DNA of 64,000 nt from Octopus vulgaris (lineage: Eukaryota), in NCBI GenBank assembly GCA_951406725.2, contig OX597836.1:6448001-6512000 (forward strand), given 5' to 3'. The position numbers and the translations under genes are program-made. The notes beneath the pieces are model-generated. The model was given only the letters and a program-made list of their open reading frames with translations. It was not told the origin of the DNA and ran no database searches. This document shows positions 40,844 to 53,483 of the stretch, piece by piece; position 1 is the stretch's first letter; each line of letters opens with the position of its first letter.

Positions 40844-41103
40844 CTTGCGTAGGTGTGTGTGTATCTGTATCAGTACCGCACCGTCGCTTGACAACACCGG
40901 TGTTGATGTGCTTACGTCCCCGTAACTTAGCATTTCGGCAAAAGTGCTTACAAAGCATTGCACCTATGTATGTATGTATGTATGTATGTATGTGTGTGTG
41001 TGTATGTATGTATGTATGTATGTATGTATGTGTGTATGTATACGTACGTGAATGTTTCTCTTTGTGTGTGCTTGTATGCATACATATACAGGTATATACA
41101 AAC

Positions 41104-41198
41104 CTATGGGGCATCCATAATCGCCGATTTTCCTGGAGAAACCAGGACAGCATTCCATTATTTCCAGCTCCTCCATTTTCTCGGCATCTTCTACAATT
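41104..41198 (-). CDS. Fasciclin exon (EMI-like, C-terminal half)
   Basis: tctag|IVEDAEK...MECCPGFSRKIGDYGCPI|gtttgt. Confidence 0.93.
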
Positions 41199-41322
41199 CT
41201 AGAGTCAAAGAAAGAAGGAATATTGCAGACCATTTCGTTTTAGCAATCTAACAGTTATAAGGCGAAAGCATATATATAAACATACATACATACATACATA
41301 CATACATACATACATACATACA

Positions 41323-41356
<34 letters not shown>

Positions 41357-41605
41357 CATACATACATATATACATACATACATACATACATACCTACATA
41401 CATACATACATACATACATACATACATACATACATACATACATACATACATAAATACATACATACATGCATATATATACACAACACTCATACAAACATAC
41501 ATGCATGCATACATACATACATAAATACATACATACATACATGCATACATACATACATACATACATACATACATACATACACACATACATGCAAACATAC
41601 ATAAA

Positions 41606-41638
<33 letters not shown>

Positions 41639-41691
41639 GCACATACATACATACATGCATACATACATACATGCACATACATACATACATG

Positions 41692-41723
<32 letters not shown>

Positions 41724-41730
41724 CATATAC

Positions 41731-41762
<32 letters not shown>

Positions 41763-41778
41763 ATAGATAGATAGATAT

Positions 41779-41861
<83 letters not shown>

Positions 41862-41882
41862 TAACTACGTAGTTAAACTTAC

Positions 41883-42008
41883 ATGGTTTTGCAGCGGACG
41901 CTGAAGAACGACTGGTCGCATGACTTGCTGTAGCTGCCTTGGTGGACTTGCAGATCTGTATCTGTGATGTTGGTCACTTCAGTGGTCTTGTTCTTGCATA
42001 CGTTTGGC
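41883..42008 (-). CDS. Fasciclin exon (EMI-like, N-terminal half)
   Basis: tccag|(G)PNVCKNKTT...SCDQSFFSVRCKT|gtaagt, phase 2 to 2. Confidence 0.93.
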
Positions 42009-42141
42009 CTGGAATGTTAAACATATAAACAAGCATGTACACACCTATACGCATAACCACAAGAGCACGAGCGATCATAAACACACGCACGGTTGTGTGT
42101 GTGTATGTGTGTTTGCGTGTGCGTGAGTATATGTATTTGTG

Positions 42142-42433
42142 CTCTTTGGTTCGACTGTGGCTTTGAATATTTCAAGTTTGAAGTCTCTACTTAGATTTGA
42201 TGACCAGATCTTATGCATGTCATTACAGGCTGACCAGGCCATACCCTTTCTAGTTAGAAAGTCTTTTCCAGATGATGATATGTATGACCCAAGATATTTA
42301 TAATCAGAAACCATATTCCCAGGGATACAGACATCCAGCAACAGAACCTCCGTAATGCCATGATGGACCGTGAAGTCTGGCGTAGCATAGTAAATTCCAT
42401 TGTCTCGACCACGGTCGAACAATGATGATGATG
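42142..42433. mobile_element. 5'-inverted, truncated RTE-like LINE insertion with TSD
   Basis: The - segment encodes DYKYLGSYI...AWSACNDMHKIWSS...FKATVEP. The + segment encodes AMMDREVWRSIV* followed by a (TGA)n tail. Flanked by ATGTATTTGTG at 42131 and 42434. Confidence 0.85.
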
Positions 42434-42557
42434 ATGTATTTGTGTGTGTGTATGTGCGTGAGTGTGTGTATGTTCGTGTGTGTGTGTGTGTGTGCGTATG
42501 TGTATGTGCGTGCATATTTCGTGTGTGGGTGTGGTTATGACAGTGGAGGATACTTAC

Positions 42558-42605
42558 CCTTTCCACCAGACTCGGCCGTTGCCATTTCCAAAAGTCACCC
42601 GGAAG
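42558..42605 (-). CDS. Fasciclin 48-nt exon preceding the EMI-like domain
   Basis: Long pyrimidine tract, gtag|FRVTFGNGNGRVWWKG|gtaagt. Joins the next exon to form WWKGPNVC. Confidence 0.88.
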
Positions 42606-42679
42606 CTACCCAGATGAAAAGAAAAAAAGAAAAACAAAAAATGAAAACAATGTTTTAGCGTAAAATATAACGAAATTCA

Positions 42680-42748
<69 letters not shown>

Positions 42749-42840
42749 GGAAAGTTTACGAAAAAAAAAAAAAGACGAAGACAGGTGGTGTACAAAAGAA
42801 ACAGATGTATTAGTATAACGCTCAGGAATAAAAAAAAAGT

Positions 42841-42876
42841 CTTTTACGTTTCGAGCCTACGCTCTTCTACAGAAAG
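42841..42876 (-). ncRNA. Minimal hammerhead-like motif (Penelope-type repeat)
   Basis: CTTT-CTGTAGA-A-GAGC/GTAG/GCTC-GAAA-CGTA-AAAG. Confidence 0.5.
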
Positions 42877-42937
42877 GGACACAGAAAAAACAAGGAGAGA
42901 AAAAAATGTCTGGTGGCTAACGATCTATCATGGCGTC

Positions 42938-43048
<111 letters not shown>

Positions 43049-43057
43049 TAGATATAG

Positions 43058-43097
<40 letters not shown>

Positions 43098-43104
43098 TAC
43101 AGAC

Positions 43105-43273
<169 letters not shown>

Positions 43274-43506
43274 GTAAATGTTACATTTGGAAAAAAAGGC
43301 TGGAACACGTTTTTAAGTATCATGAGAGTTTTCATCAATTTGTTTTGCATTCTTCTAAAAGTTCAAATTGTAAAACTTACTAAGTTACGGGGACGTAAAT
43401 GAACCAGCACCAGTTATCAAGCAGCAATGGAACGAACACGAAACAGAAAAACACACACACATACATATAACACACACACACACAATTCTTAATAAAAAAA
43501 TATTAC

Positions 43507-43552
<46 letters not shown>

Positions 43553-43602
43553 CTTAAACAAAAATTATATATATGTATATATGCATACATACATGCATAC
43601 AT

Positions 43603-43669
<67 letters not shown>

Positions 43670-43993
43670 TACACACACACGTATATATATATGATTCTTA
43701 AACAAGAATATTTTTGATAGTTAGTTCGAAGTTTCGCCCAGGTAAGCCATCGTCGGCAGTCCGAAAGCTGTAAAGAAAGCTGGCCATTACATCTGGCTCG
43801 AGAGAGAGAGAGAGAGAGAGGACGATTTGTGCAACGTGAACGAGCACCGAGGACAACTGAAACATCTGGCCAAGCGTCAACAACATCTGAGGCAAAACAA
43901 AAAAAGGCTGGTGATGTTGCGTAAGAGTTTTGTCGCCTACATTAGTTGGAGGATTCGGGCGTTCTAGTGTCGTGGCAGAAGGGGCCGAAGCAC

Positions 43994-44034
43994 CTACAGA
44001 GCTTCTCCACCGTCTGGTGAATGCTTTCTGCGTT
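43994..44034 (-). CDS. Candidate 41-nt phase-bridging exon
   Basis: tttcag|NAESIHQTVEKLC|gtgctt, phase 0 to 2, would reconcile the flanking exons. Weak donor, no homology support. Confidence 0.25.
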
Positions 44035-44816
44035 CTGAAACAATGTACAACGCTAAACGCTAAGAGTGCTGTGGTGTTGTATGGAACTCATCGCATTCAT
44101 GTCTTCTCTTCTAAGCATACATACATCTACTTACACACATGAGGGCCTACATACACACGGGCATAAGACCAATTCTCAAACACAGAGTAGACCTTGAAAG
44201 GAGAGAGTAAGCGATTGAAAAGGTCGCGATAAGCGACAAAAGGACTTTGACCTACAAACAACCGATGAGTTTTTTTAACTATCAAATTAAACAAACGTTC
44301 GATTACTTAATTTGATATTTAACCAATTGAGTAGCAATAAAGAATAAATATCAAACCATTGCGTGTGTTATTATTGGCGCAATGATCCTCCCAACGTCTT
44401 CTCTATATATTGCATGTTTATATTACTAAGTGTGATGACAGGTTATATTTGGTGTTCTCTCGTTTGCCTGTTATAAACAAGAGCAGTATATTTGCTAGGT
44501 GTTATTTTAAGTCGGTTGATTTGCTGGCAAGCTTCAAGATGACCGCTGTAACCTTGGAGCTGAGCAGCAATGTCTGAAGAAGGGCTGGCGATTTGTGAAT
44601 GTGACGTCATCTGTATATGAAGCTGTCTCTATGTGATGGCGTGAGAGAATCGTTTAGACAGAGATGGAACTTGCTTATGCTAGAAATAGCAACATAATTG
44701 CATTCAAATGAAATTCTATTGCCGTAGTCACCTCTACAGCCTACATGTTTTGAAGTTGTTATTGTTGCTGTTGTTGTTGTAGTAATAGTTGTTGTTGCTG
44801 CTGCTACTGCTGCTGC

Positions 44817-44856
<40 letters not shown>

Positions 44857-44940
44857 GCTGCTGCTGTTGTTGTTGTTGTTAAGCAACAAGACGGGGTGAT
44901 TAGGTGATGGTCTAGGGCTTAGGGGCGGAAGACCCCAGAC

Positions 44941-45100
44941 CTTGGGAAAAAACAACTTCGGTCGTCTTGTTGTAGTCGAGGGCTCTTCGATGACGCCCGA
45001 CACCTCTGGGAGGTGGCCCTCGAAGTCGCTGGAAACGGAGATCTCCAGGTCCAAATTCTTGGACGGCTGTTGTTGCTGCTGGTAGTGGTGGTGTTTAAGG
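44941..45100 (-). CDS. Probable N-terminal-region exon of the fasciclin gene
   Basis: GC3-biased frame LKHHHYQQQQQPSKNLDLEISVSSDFEGHLPEVSGVIEEPSTTTRRPKLFFPK. Both boundaries are uncertain. Confidence 0.55.
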
Positions 45101-45358
45101 CTAGGTTAGTTCTGATCAAATTGACCTATAGTCAAAGGCATTCCAGCCGTGACTATCCATTCTTTTTGCAAGAAGTTCAGAACCACATTATCCAAGGTGA
45201 CCCCCTATTTTTTAAAACTCCATAGGGGATCGCAAGTCGAATTATCATGTGTCATTTCCCTTGTCTCTTCGTTGTTAAGTACCAGTAAAACACTGGGGCC
45301 GATATAATCGACGTTTCTCCTCTCACCAAAATGGCTGCACTTGTGGTAAAATTTGAAA

Positions 45359-45413
<55 letters not shown>

Positions 45414-46252
45414 TATACATACAGACAGACAACAGTCAGGCAGATAGACAGACAGACAGAATAGGCTAAGACTATCACACAAACACTCATGTACATACAC
45501 ACACACATTACCACACACACACACACACGCGCACATACACACATACACACAAAGACATACCGACAGACAGAAAGGCAAACAGACTCTCATATGCACATGC
45601 ATATACGCACACTGTCACACACGCCCGCGCGCGCATGCATACAGACATACAGACAGACTGGCAGACTGACAGACAGGCTGACAGACAGTTTGACTGACAA
45701 TCAGACTGTCAAATTCTCACACTAACTCGGTGAACGTTGAAAGGAAATTTCTGACACTTTCTCATTTTTAAAACATTTACACACACACACACATATTAGT
45801 TTTAAACATTTTTGACAAAATCTGATCCTTGGGCACCCAACACTGCCGACACCTACCAACGTCACCCTCACCCCCACCAACCGCGTACTCTGCACCACTC
45901 TGTTCACCCTCACCTAACCGCTCCCTACCATTCTCCATCACTCTTCACCCACCACCACCACCACTGCCACCACCATCAGCACCACCACCACCGCCGCCAC
46001 CACCATCTTCTGACACCATCCATCATTATTTTCAACGCCGTCACCACCTCCAACACCAACACCAACACCACCATCACCTCCACCACCTCCACTACCACCA
46101 CCTGCCTCAACACCACCACTACAACAGTGACCTCCACCACCACCACCACTACCTTCAATGCAACCATCACCTAAACAGTACAATTTCAACAACATCGCCA
46201 ACACCACCTCCACTACAACCACCACCACCACCACTACCACCACTACTACCAC

Positions 46253-46283
<31 letters not shown>

Positions 46284-47453
46284 ACTACCACCACTACTAC
46301 TACCACCACCACCACCACTACCGCCACCACCATTTTTTGCCATTCACTTCCGCCATCCTCCACCAGCTTCAGCCATTCCATTACATACACACGCTTACTC
46401 ACCACACATGCACACACACACACACACATGCATATATTCATATATATTCTTACACACACGCATGTATATATACTCACAGACGCACTCATATATTCACACG
46501 CACACACACACACGCACACACATACCACAACCGCCACCGCCGCTACCATCATCCACCGAATTCATGTCTCTCTCCACCCCGCCCCGTCTCACACCACATC
46601 GCTTCATACTGTCCTATTAATAATGGGACTGGCGGAGTCGGGTGGCGGAAGAGATGACGGTGGGATGCAGTGTTAAGTGCATTGAAAAATGTCACTGCTT
46701 CCTCTGTCACCGAATAATCAACAGCGTGGCCCGTCCGACGTGTTAGAAATAAAAAGTAAGTCGCTCTCAAATTACACCCTACCGCATTGAAAACGGAAGG
46801 ACACATTGGATGACGTGCTTTTGGATATTGCCTTTGAACACGATGCGAGATGGTCAGAGAGAAGCATGTCGAGTTCCGTAGCATAGCGTAAAAATACAGA
46901 AATGAATTTACACCCACCTAAAAAAGCAACCAGCAAATGTTATGTAATTTCGACAGTTGGCTACGTTACTCTCACCGCAACCTCACCACATCCTCACCAC
47001 ATCCTCACCACATCCTCACCACATCCTCACCCCATTAGTTGAGTGTAAGATTGCATTGAGCGAACATCTCTGGCCTTTTCTGCAGCAAGATGACGTACGC
47101 AATAACGGAAAAAGAGGGGCGGCTGTGGGAGCGTGAGAAAGGGGTTTGTTAAGATGAGAGATGTGAGAACGGGGTTTTTAAGCAAACGCGGGAAATGTCT
47201 GTAGTCAAGTTTCTGGGTAAACAGGACAATACAAATGCTGGTTAAGAAGTGGAGCGCTAAGGGGTCAGTGCAAAACTCCCCCCGAAACAAAGTGACCCAA
47301 CAGTTCGAACGCCGGACGTTACTCGGGACGTTCGCCAAAGGATTGTTCGAAATCCTAAGAAGTCAGGATATAAATTGGCGCAACAGTCTCACAAAAGCAG
47401 GAGATCATTCCAACGAAAGTTGCAAAGTCTAAAATTGAAGCCATAACGTTTCT

Positions 47454-48606
47454 TATTTCTTTATTGCCCACAAGGAGCTAAACATAGAGGGGGCAAACAA
47501 GGACAGACAAAGGGATTAAGTCGATTGCATCGCCTCCAGTGCGTAACCGGTACTTAATTTATCGACCCTGAAAGGATGAAAGACAAAGTCGACCTCGGCG
47601 GAATTTGAACTCAGAACGTAGCAGCAGACGAAATACCTATTCCTTTACTACCCACAAGGGGCTAAACACAGAGGGGACAAACAAGGACAGGCAAACGGAT
47701 TAAGTCGATTATATCGACCCCAGTGCGTAACCGGTACTTAATTTATCGACCCTGAAAGGATGAAAGACAAAGTCGACCTCGGCGGAATTTGAACTCAGAA
47801 CGTAGCGGCAGACGAAATACCTATTCCTTTACTACCCACAAGGGGCTAAACACAGAGGGGACAAACAAGGACAGGCAAACGGATTAAGTCGATTATATCG
47901 ACCCCAGTGCGTAACCGGTACTTAATTTATCGACCCTGAAAGGATGAAAGACAAAGTCGACCTCGGCTGAATTTGAACTCAGAACGTAGCAGCAGACGAA
48001 ATACCTATTCCTTTACTACCCACAAGGGGCTAAACACAGAGGGGACAAACAAGGACAGGCAAACGGATTAAGTCGATTATATCGACCCCAGTGCGTAACC
48101 GGTACTTAATTTATCGACCCTGAAAGGATAAAAGACAAAGTCGACCTCGGCGGAATTTGAACTCAGAACGTAGCGGCAGACGAAATACCTATTGCTTTAC
48201 TACCCACAAGGGGCTAAACACAGAGGGGACAAACAAGGACAGGCAAACGGATTAAGTCGATTATATCGACCCCAGTGCGTAACCGGTACTTAATTTATCG
48301 ACCCTGAAAGGATGAAGGACAAAGTCGACCTCAGCGGAATTTGAACTCAGAACGTAGCAGCAGACGAAATACCTATTCCTTTACTACCCACAAGGGGCTA
48401 AACACAGAGGGGACAAACAAGGACAGGCAAACGGATTAAGTCGATTATATCGACCCCAGTGCGTAACCGGTACTTAATTTATCGACACCCAAAGGATGAC
48501 AGGCAAAGTCGACCTCGGCGGAATTTGAACTCAGGACGTAACGACAGACGAAATACCAGCAAGCATTTCACTCAGCGTGCTACCGTTTCTGCCAGCTCGC
48601 CGCCTT
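47454..48606 (-). repeat. SINE family A head followed by six tandem 184-bp body units
   Basis: Unit phase positions ~47454, 47638, 47822, 48006, 48190 and 48374. A single head at ~48555-48606. Confidence 0.95.
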
Positions 48607-48854
48607 GAAGCCACATCGTTTCACATGTGAACAACAATTAAAAGTGGATGACAAGGGCAAACGAGCAAATAACTACGCATATCTTCTAAATAGCAGTTAT
48701 AAACAGCCACATTAACACAATGACACTTGAAAAGGAAAGGCTGATGGGATTGGGTCGTTTTTTTTTCTTTTGGTTTACTTGTATAAATTTATTTCTGTAT
48801 TTATACGAAACTACGGAACCTGGGCTACTTTTTCGTGCGCCACTCCGTACTAAC

Positions 48855-48887
48855 CTGTTTTCCAGCTTGACGAGGACCAGCCTGGGG
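48855..48887 (-). CDS. Candidate 33-nt symmetric microexon
   Basis: tttag|CCCCAGGCTGGTCCTCGTCAAGCTGGAAAACAG|gttagt. In phase 2 it reads PRLVLVKLEN. Confidence 0.35.
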
Positions 48888-50205
48888 CTAAACGACAACG
48901 CTAAAAGCATAAGCAGTAACAATAACAGCAACAATACTTATAACACTAATCCTCAAATAGCAACATTGTTAGTGTAACAACATCGTTGACAACATTAATA
49001 AGAACAACAACAACAGAAACACTAGCAACAGCATTAGCAACATCAATAGCAACAACACCCACAACAATAACAACAATTGCACCAGCAACGGCAGCAGCTA
49101 ATTAAAGGTCCAACGAGAGACCGTCGACAGGATCGCAACGACTGCAAAAAATAGTAACCAAATTTATATCGAATCACACTTTATGTCGGACGTATTGTGC
49201 AATATGATCAGAGGCTGGAGTTTATCACGGGTGGCAACTTAAAGAAATTTGAGAGCTTGAAGAAAGAGAGTAGTAATTAACCAAATATGTTAATTACTAC
49301 TTCTTTCAGGACTACTAAAGTGTCGTGTAACACAACACACCAAACGTTTGAGGATTTTGTCTTTCATCAGTGCGTGAGAATCAGAAAAGTAGAAAAAAAT
49401 AAGTGTTGCCACTTGCAACGCACGCAGGTCTTTCCCTGTACCTGCTTACATACCAGAGAGCATCTATTTTTTCCTATTTTTTTTTTTTATATTTCGATTT
49501 TCCTCCTATTGTCTGACGAAGACTATAAAATCTCAGACTATAACCTTATACAGATTGAAGAAAATGTTGTATAAAGAGGTATTGAGAAAGATATATTACA
49601 CTAGGACAAATTTTCTTTTGTTTTTTAAGGGATCACGGATTGATGGTATCTGATCATGGATTTGCTATATCTGGTCTGATTTGGGACAGAACAACGACAA
49701 CAGTAAAATAACAAGAACAACAACAACAAAAAGTGTTTCTCATGAGGCCATTTTTCACAGTTTAGTCTAGATTAGAACAATATCATGGCTGCAGTAAAAT
49801 GTAGCTCATTTCCTTCCTTCCTTCTTTCGTTAATAAGCTGAGATCACAGATCAAATTAATTAGGAATGATGTGGGTCTAGGTAATACCACCACCATCACC
49901 ACCATCACCAAAAAACACCATCACTCCCTCCCCCACTACCGTCACCACTTCCAGCAGCATCAAAAAGCCTAATATCGTGGTTGTTTCCGCCAATCTTCAC
50001 CAACACTAGTCTCGGTGACCTCTACAAAAGGTCATGGCCGTTGACCTTCCTTCTCTTTGTAAGAGTGTGTATGAGATAATGTTCACTCTCTTGTGTATTG
50101 GTGAACGGGTGACCTTTCAACAGTTGAATGCGATTGTCTAAAATGTGTGTATATATTTGTGCGTATATATGTACGCATATATATGTATATATATGTATAT
50201 GTATG

Positions 50206-50248
<43 letters not shown>

Positions 50249-50249
50249 G

Positions 50250-50294
<45 letters not shown>

Positions 50295-50325
50295 CTTTAT
50301 ATATGTATGTATATATATATATATA

Positions 50326-50698
50326 TCTTCTCTCTATATATAAACGGCAGTTTGTCTGTGTGTGTTTCTGTGTGTCTGTTAGGTTGTACCCTCACCCTGA
50401 CCACGGCTTTCAACCGATTCTGATGAAACTTAACACACACATAGCCCAATGTCATAATTCAAAACTAATGCAGCGAAAATTTTGAAAAGTTCCCCCAGTT
50501 CTGAAAAAAAATCGATAAATTCGACATGGGGTCGAGAATCAGAAACACAAACCACAGACTGTCTAGGGAACGCAACTCGACCTTTTTAACTAAAAAAAAA
50601 TTACCATCATTTTTTTCCCATTTTTTGGCTATAACTCTCTAAAAATGCTTTATAGTTATTTCCCTTACAAACCCGAGCAACGCCGGGCGATACTGCTA

Positions 50699-50699
<1 letters not shown>
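50326..50699 (+). mobile_element. Non-autonomous Helitron copy inside a (TA)n tract
   Basis: TC start, CCCG-AGCAACGC-CGGG hairpin, CTAG|T end. Near-identical to 3311-3697. Confidence 0.88.
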
Positions 50700-50740
<41 letters not shown>

Positions 50741-50771
50741 TAATTAATTAGAGAGATACAAATGACAATCT

Positions 50772-50899
50772 AATAATTTATTTATATTATAATATAAGAT
50801 ACTACACTATGAATATAATATGATATAACATAAATTATAATTGCTTACGTTATTATATTCATAGTATATTCTATTATATTATAATATAAATAAATTACT
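50772..50899. repeat. AT-rich hairpin element
   Basis: TAATTTATTTATATTATAATATAA..ACTATGAATATA versus TATATTCATAGT..TTATATTATAATATAAATAAATTA. Confidence 0.7.
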
Positions 50900-51033
50900 G
50901 GCTTCTCAATTGAATCTATTTAATTTATTGTTTATGATTTGCATGATACCCATATTTATGTGGTATTCAACCGACGAACCCGTGAATTCGATGTTTTATA
51001 CACCAATTTGAAAGAATGTTTTCCTTTGTTTGT

Positions 51034-51101
<68 letters not shown>

Positions 51102-51455
51102 CTGATACTGTTGTACATAGGGTAAATGTGTTTGAAAGTTGGGGTTTCTTTGGTTTGTTTGTTCCTAAAACAACACTTTTAGTGCTGTTGACACCGCTGT
51201 GTACTGTCCAGGTGTCGAAACAATAATGATATCCGTGGTGCAGCTGATGATGGAGGTATGTTGGATTGTTGGTGTGGCTGTTTTTGAGTATGTGGAATAG
51301 TATTATAACATATCTTTTATATATATATATATGCATAAGTGTATATTGTCAATATGCTGTGCGTTAGAGAGTAAAAGAGCACCATTTTTCTGTTAATACA
51401 TACACACATACATACATACATATGTATATAAATGTGCATGTGTGTGCGCGTTTCT

Positions 51456-51492
<37 letters not shown>

Positions 51493-52136
51493 CATTGATG
51501 TATGCTTCCGTATGTTCAACAATAGATAGCCGCATAACCGCAATTGCCTTTAGTCGAGCAGATCGACCCCAGGACTTATTCCTTGTAAGCCTAGTACTTA
51601 TTCTATCGGTCTCTGTTGCCGAACCGCTAAGTTACAGGGACGTAAACACGCCAGCAGCAGTTGTCAAGCGATGTTGGGTGAGCAAACACAGACACACAAA
51701 CACATACACACACATACATATATATACATGTACATATATACGACGGGCTTCTTTCAGTTTCCGTCTACCAAATCCACTCACAAGGCTTTGGTCGTCTCGA
51801 GTAGAAGACACTTGCCTAAGGTGCCACGCAGTGGGACTGAACCCGGAACCATGTGGTTGGTAAGCAAGCTACTTACCACACAGCCACTCCTGTGCCTATG
51901 TATTACAGAACAGAGGGATTTTCTAAGTTTATTTCAAGTCAGTCTTTTTTGTATGTATGTATGTACGTATGTATGCATGTGTATACAAGCGTATATGTAT
52001 GTATGTATGTATGTATGCATGCATGCATGCATGTATATACATTTACAGACACATTTTTGATGTAAATTCATAGAATTAATTGGCGAAAAAAATTAAATAT
52101 ATATAATTATGTCAATATGTTTTGGAACCAAAATAC

Positions 52137-53483
52137 CTGACACTTCTTGGAATCCTCCTCCGACCACCATTCCTGTCATCAGTTCGACGACCATTCTCGT
52201 CATATGTTGGACGACCATTCGCGTCATCAGTTCGACGACCATTGTCGTCATCAGTTCGACGACCATTATCGTCATCAGTTCGACGACCATTCTCGTCATA
52301 TATTGGACGATCATTATCGTCATCAGTTCGACGACCATACTCGTCATCAGTTCGACGACCATTCGCGTCATCAGTTCGACGACCATTATCGTCATCAGTT
52401 CGACGACCATTCTCGTCATCAGTTCGACGACCATTATCGTCATCAGTTCGACGACCATACTCGTAATATTCGGTTGTACGATCAATCACGTCATATGTTG
52501 GTGGCTGGGATTCACCTTCGTCAATGAATGTCGTAATTTCTCTATCGTAGGGTGGTGGTGGGATGACGGTCCATTCGTAGTCCTGTGTGCAGTGGTAGCC
52601 TAATTCCATTCCTTTCACGCCACAATGTGGATCATAACTGCGCCAATCGTCAGAGTAGTCGCGATGGTAGCTAGGGTATCTGTTTCGTCGGTTGCTCCGG
52701 CGATAGCATCTGCCACCTCCATCATGATAATCGCCATGGCAACCTCCATTGTGGTGACCGCCATGATGTTCTTCACCATCGTAACCTCGTTCATTGTCGT
52801 CCTCCCCATGATGGTGACCTCCATGAGGACCTCCTCCATGGTGACCTTCTCCATGGTGACCTCCACGATGACCTCCTTCATGGTGACCTTCTCCATGATG
52901 ACCTCCATGATGACCTCCATGGTGACCTCTTTCATGGCTACCCTCCCCATGATGGTTTCCCCTATGACCTCCTCCATAGGGCCGCTCCTCACTGTGGTGA
53001 CCCCCATGATGTCTCCCTCCATGTTGACCTCGTCCATGATGCATTCCACCACGGTGGCCACCTCCATGATGGCGACCGCCGTGATGGCCACCTCGACCGT
53101 GCCCCTCTCCATGACGGTCATCGTAAGTATCTTCCACATAAACGTCAGTTGGACGATCATAATCTTCACGCTCGCCTTCATACTGATCTTCATAGCGACT
53201 TCGTCTAGGACCATAGTCATGTCGACGTCTATCTTGATATCTATAGCGATCACGTCGAAAACCGTTATTATCATCACGTCGTTGGCTTAAAGGCCGCCGA
53301 AGAAACCGTCGCCAGCGTCGCTGACCGGAATTTCGATTCTGTTGGCCAGAATCTTGTCCATCGTCTTGACCTATGTTTTGCTGGTTCAAATGCTGACCTC
53401 TGATGCGGTCATAAAGCCTTGCAGAACGTTGAAGGCTTGGATTATCGTAGATTTCTGCAGGATCATTTTTCGATTTGTTAAAG
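52137..53483 (-). CDS. Large low-complexity exon (Arg/Asp/Tyr-rich, His/Gly-rich, GRRTDDxN repeats), probably part of the fasciclin gene
   Basis: 1347 nt stop-free and not microsatellite. Donor CAG|gtattt (phase 2). Acceptor at 53483 (phase 2) or 53454 (phase 1). Confidence 0.8.

Noticed and set aside
44602-44609. Perfect CRE palindrome TGACGTCA (also ~1834 and 38661)
   Set aside because: An 8-mer can occur by chance in 64 kb, one instance lies in an exon, and there is no supporting context.
46981-47030. CCTCACCACAT repeated four to five times, and the adjacent 103-aa ORF
   Set aside because: Short slippage repeat; the ORF has no recognisable features.
47454-48606. CRISPR array or tRNA gene cluster
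   Set aside because: The units are SINE bodies, with no spacers and no complete cloverleaf.
52109-53290. Overlapping + strand and alternative-frame ORFs
   Set aside because: Shadows of the codon-periodic repeats in the - strand exon.
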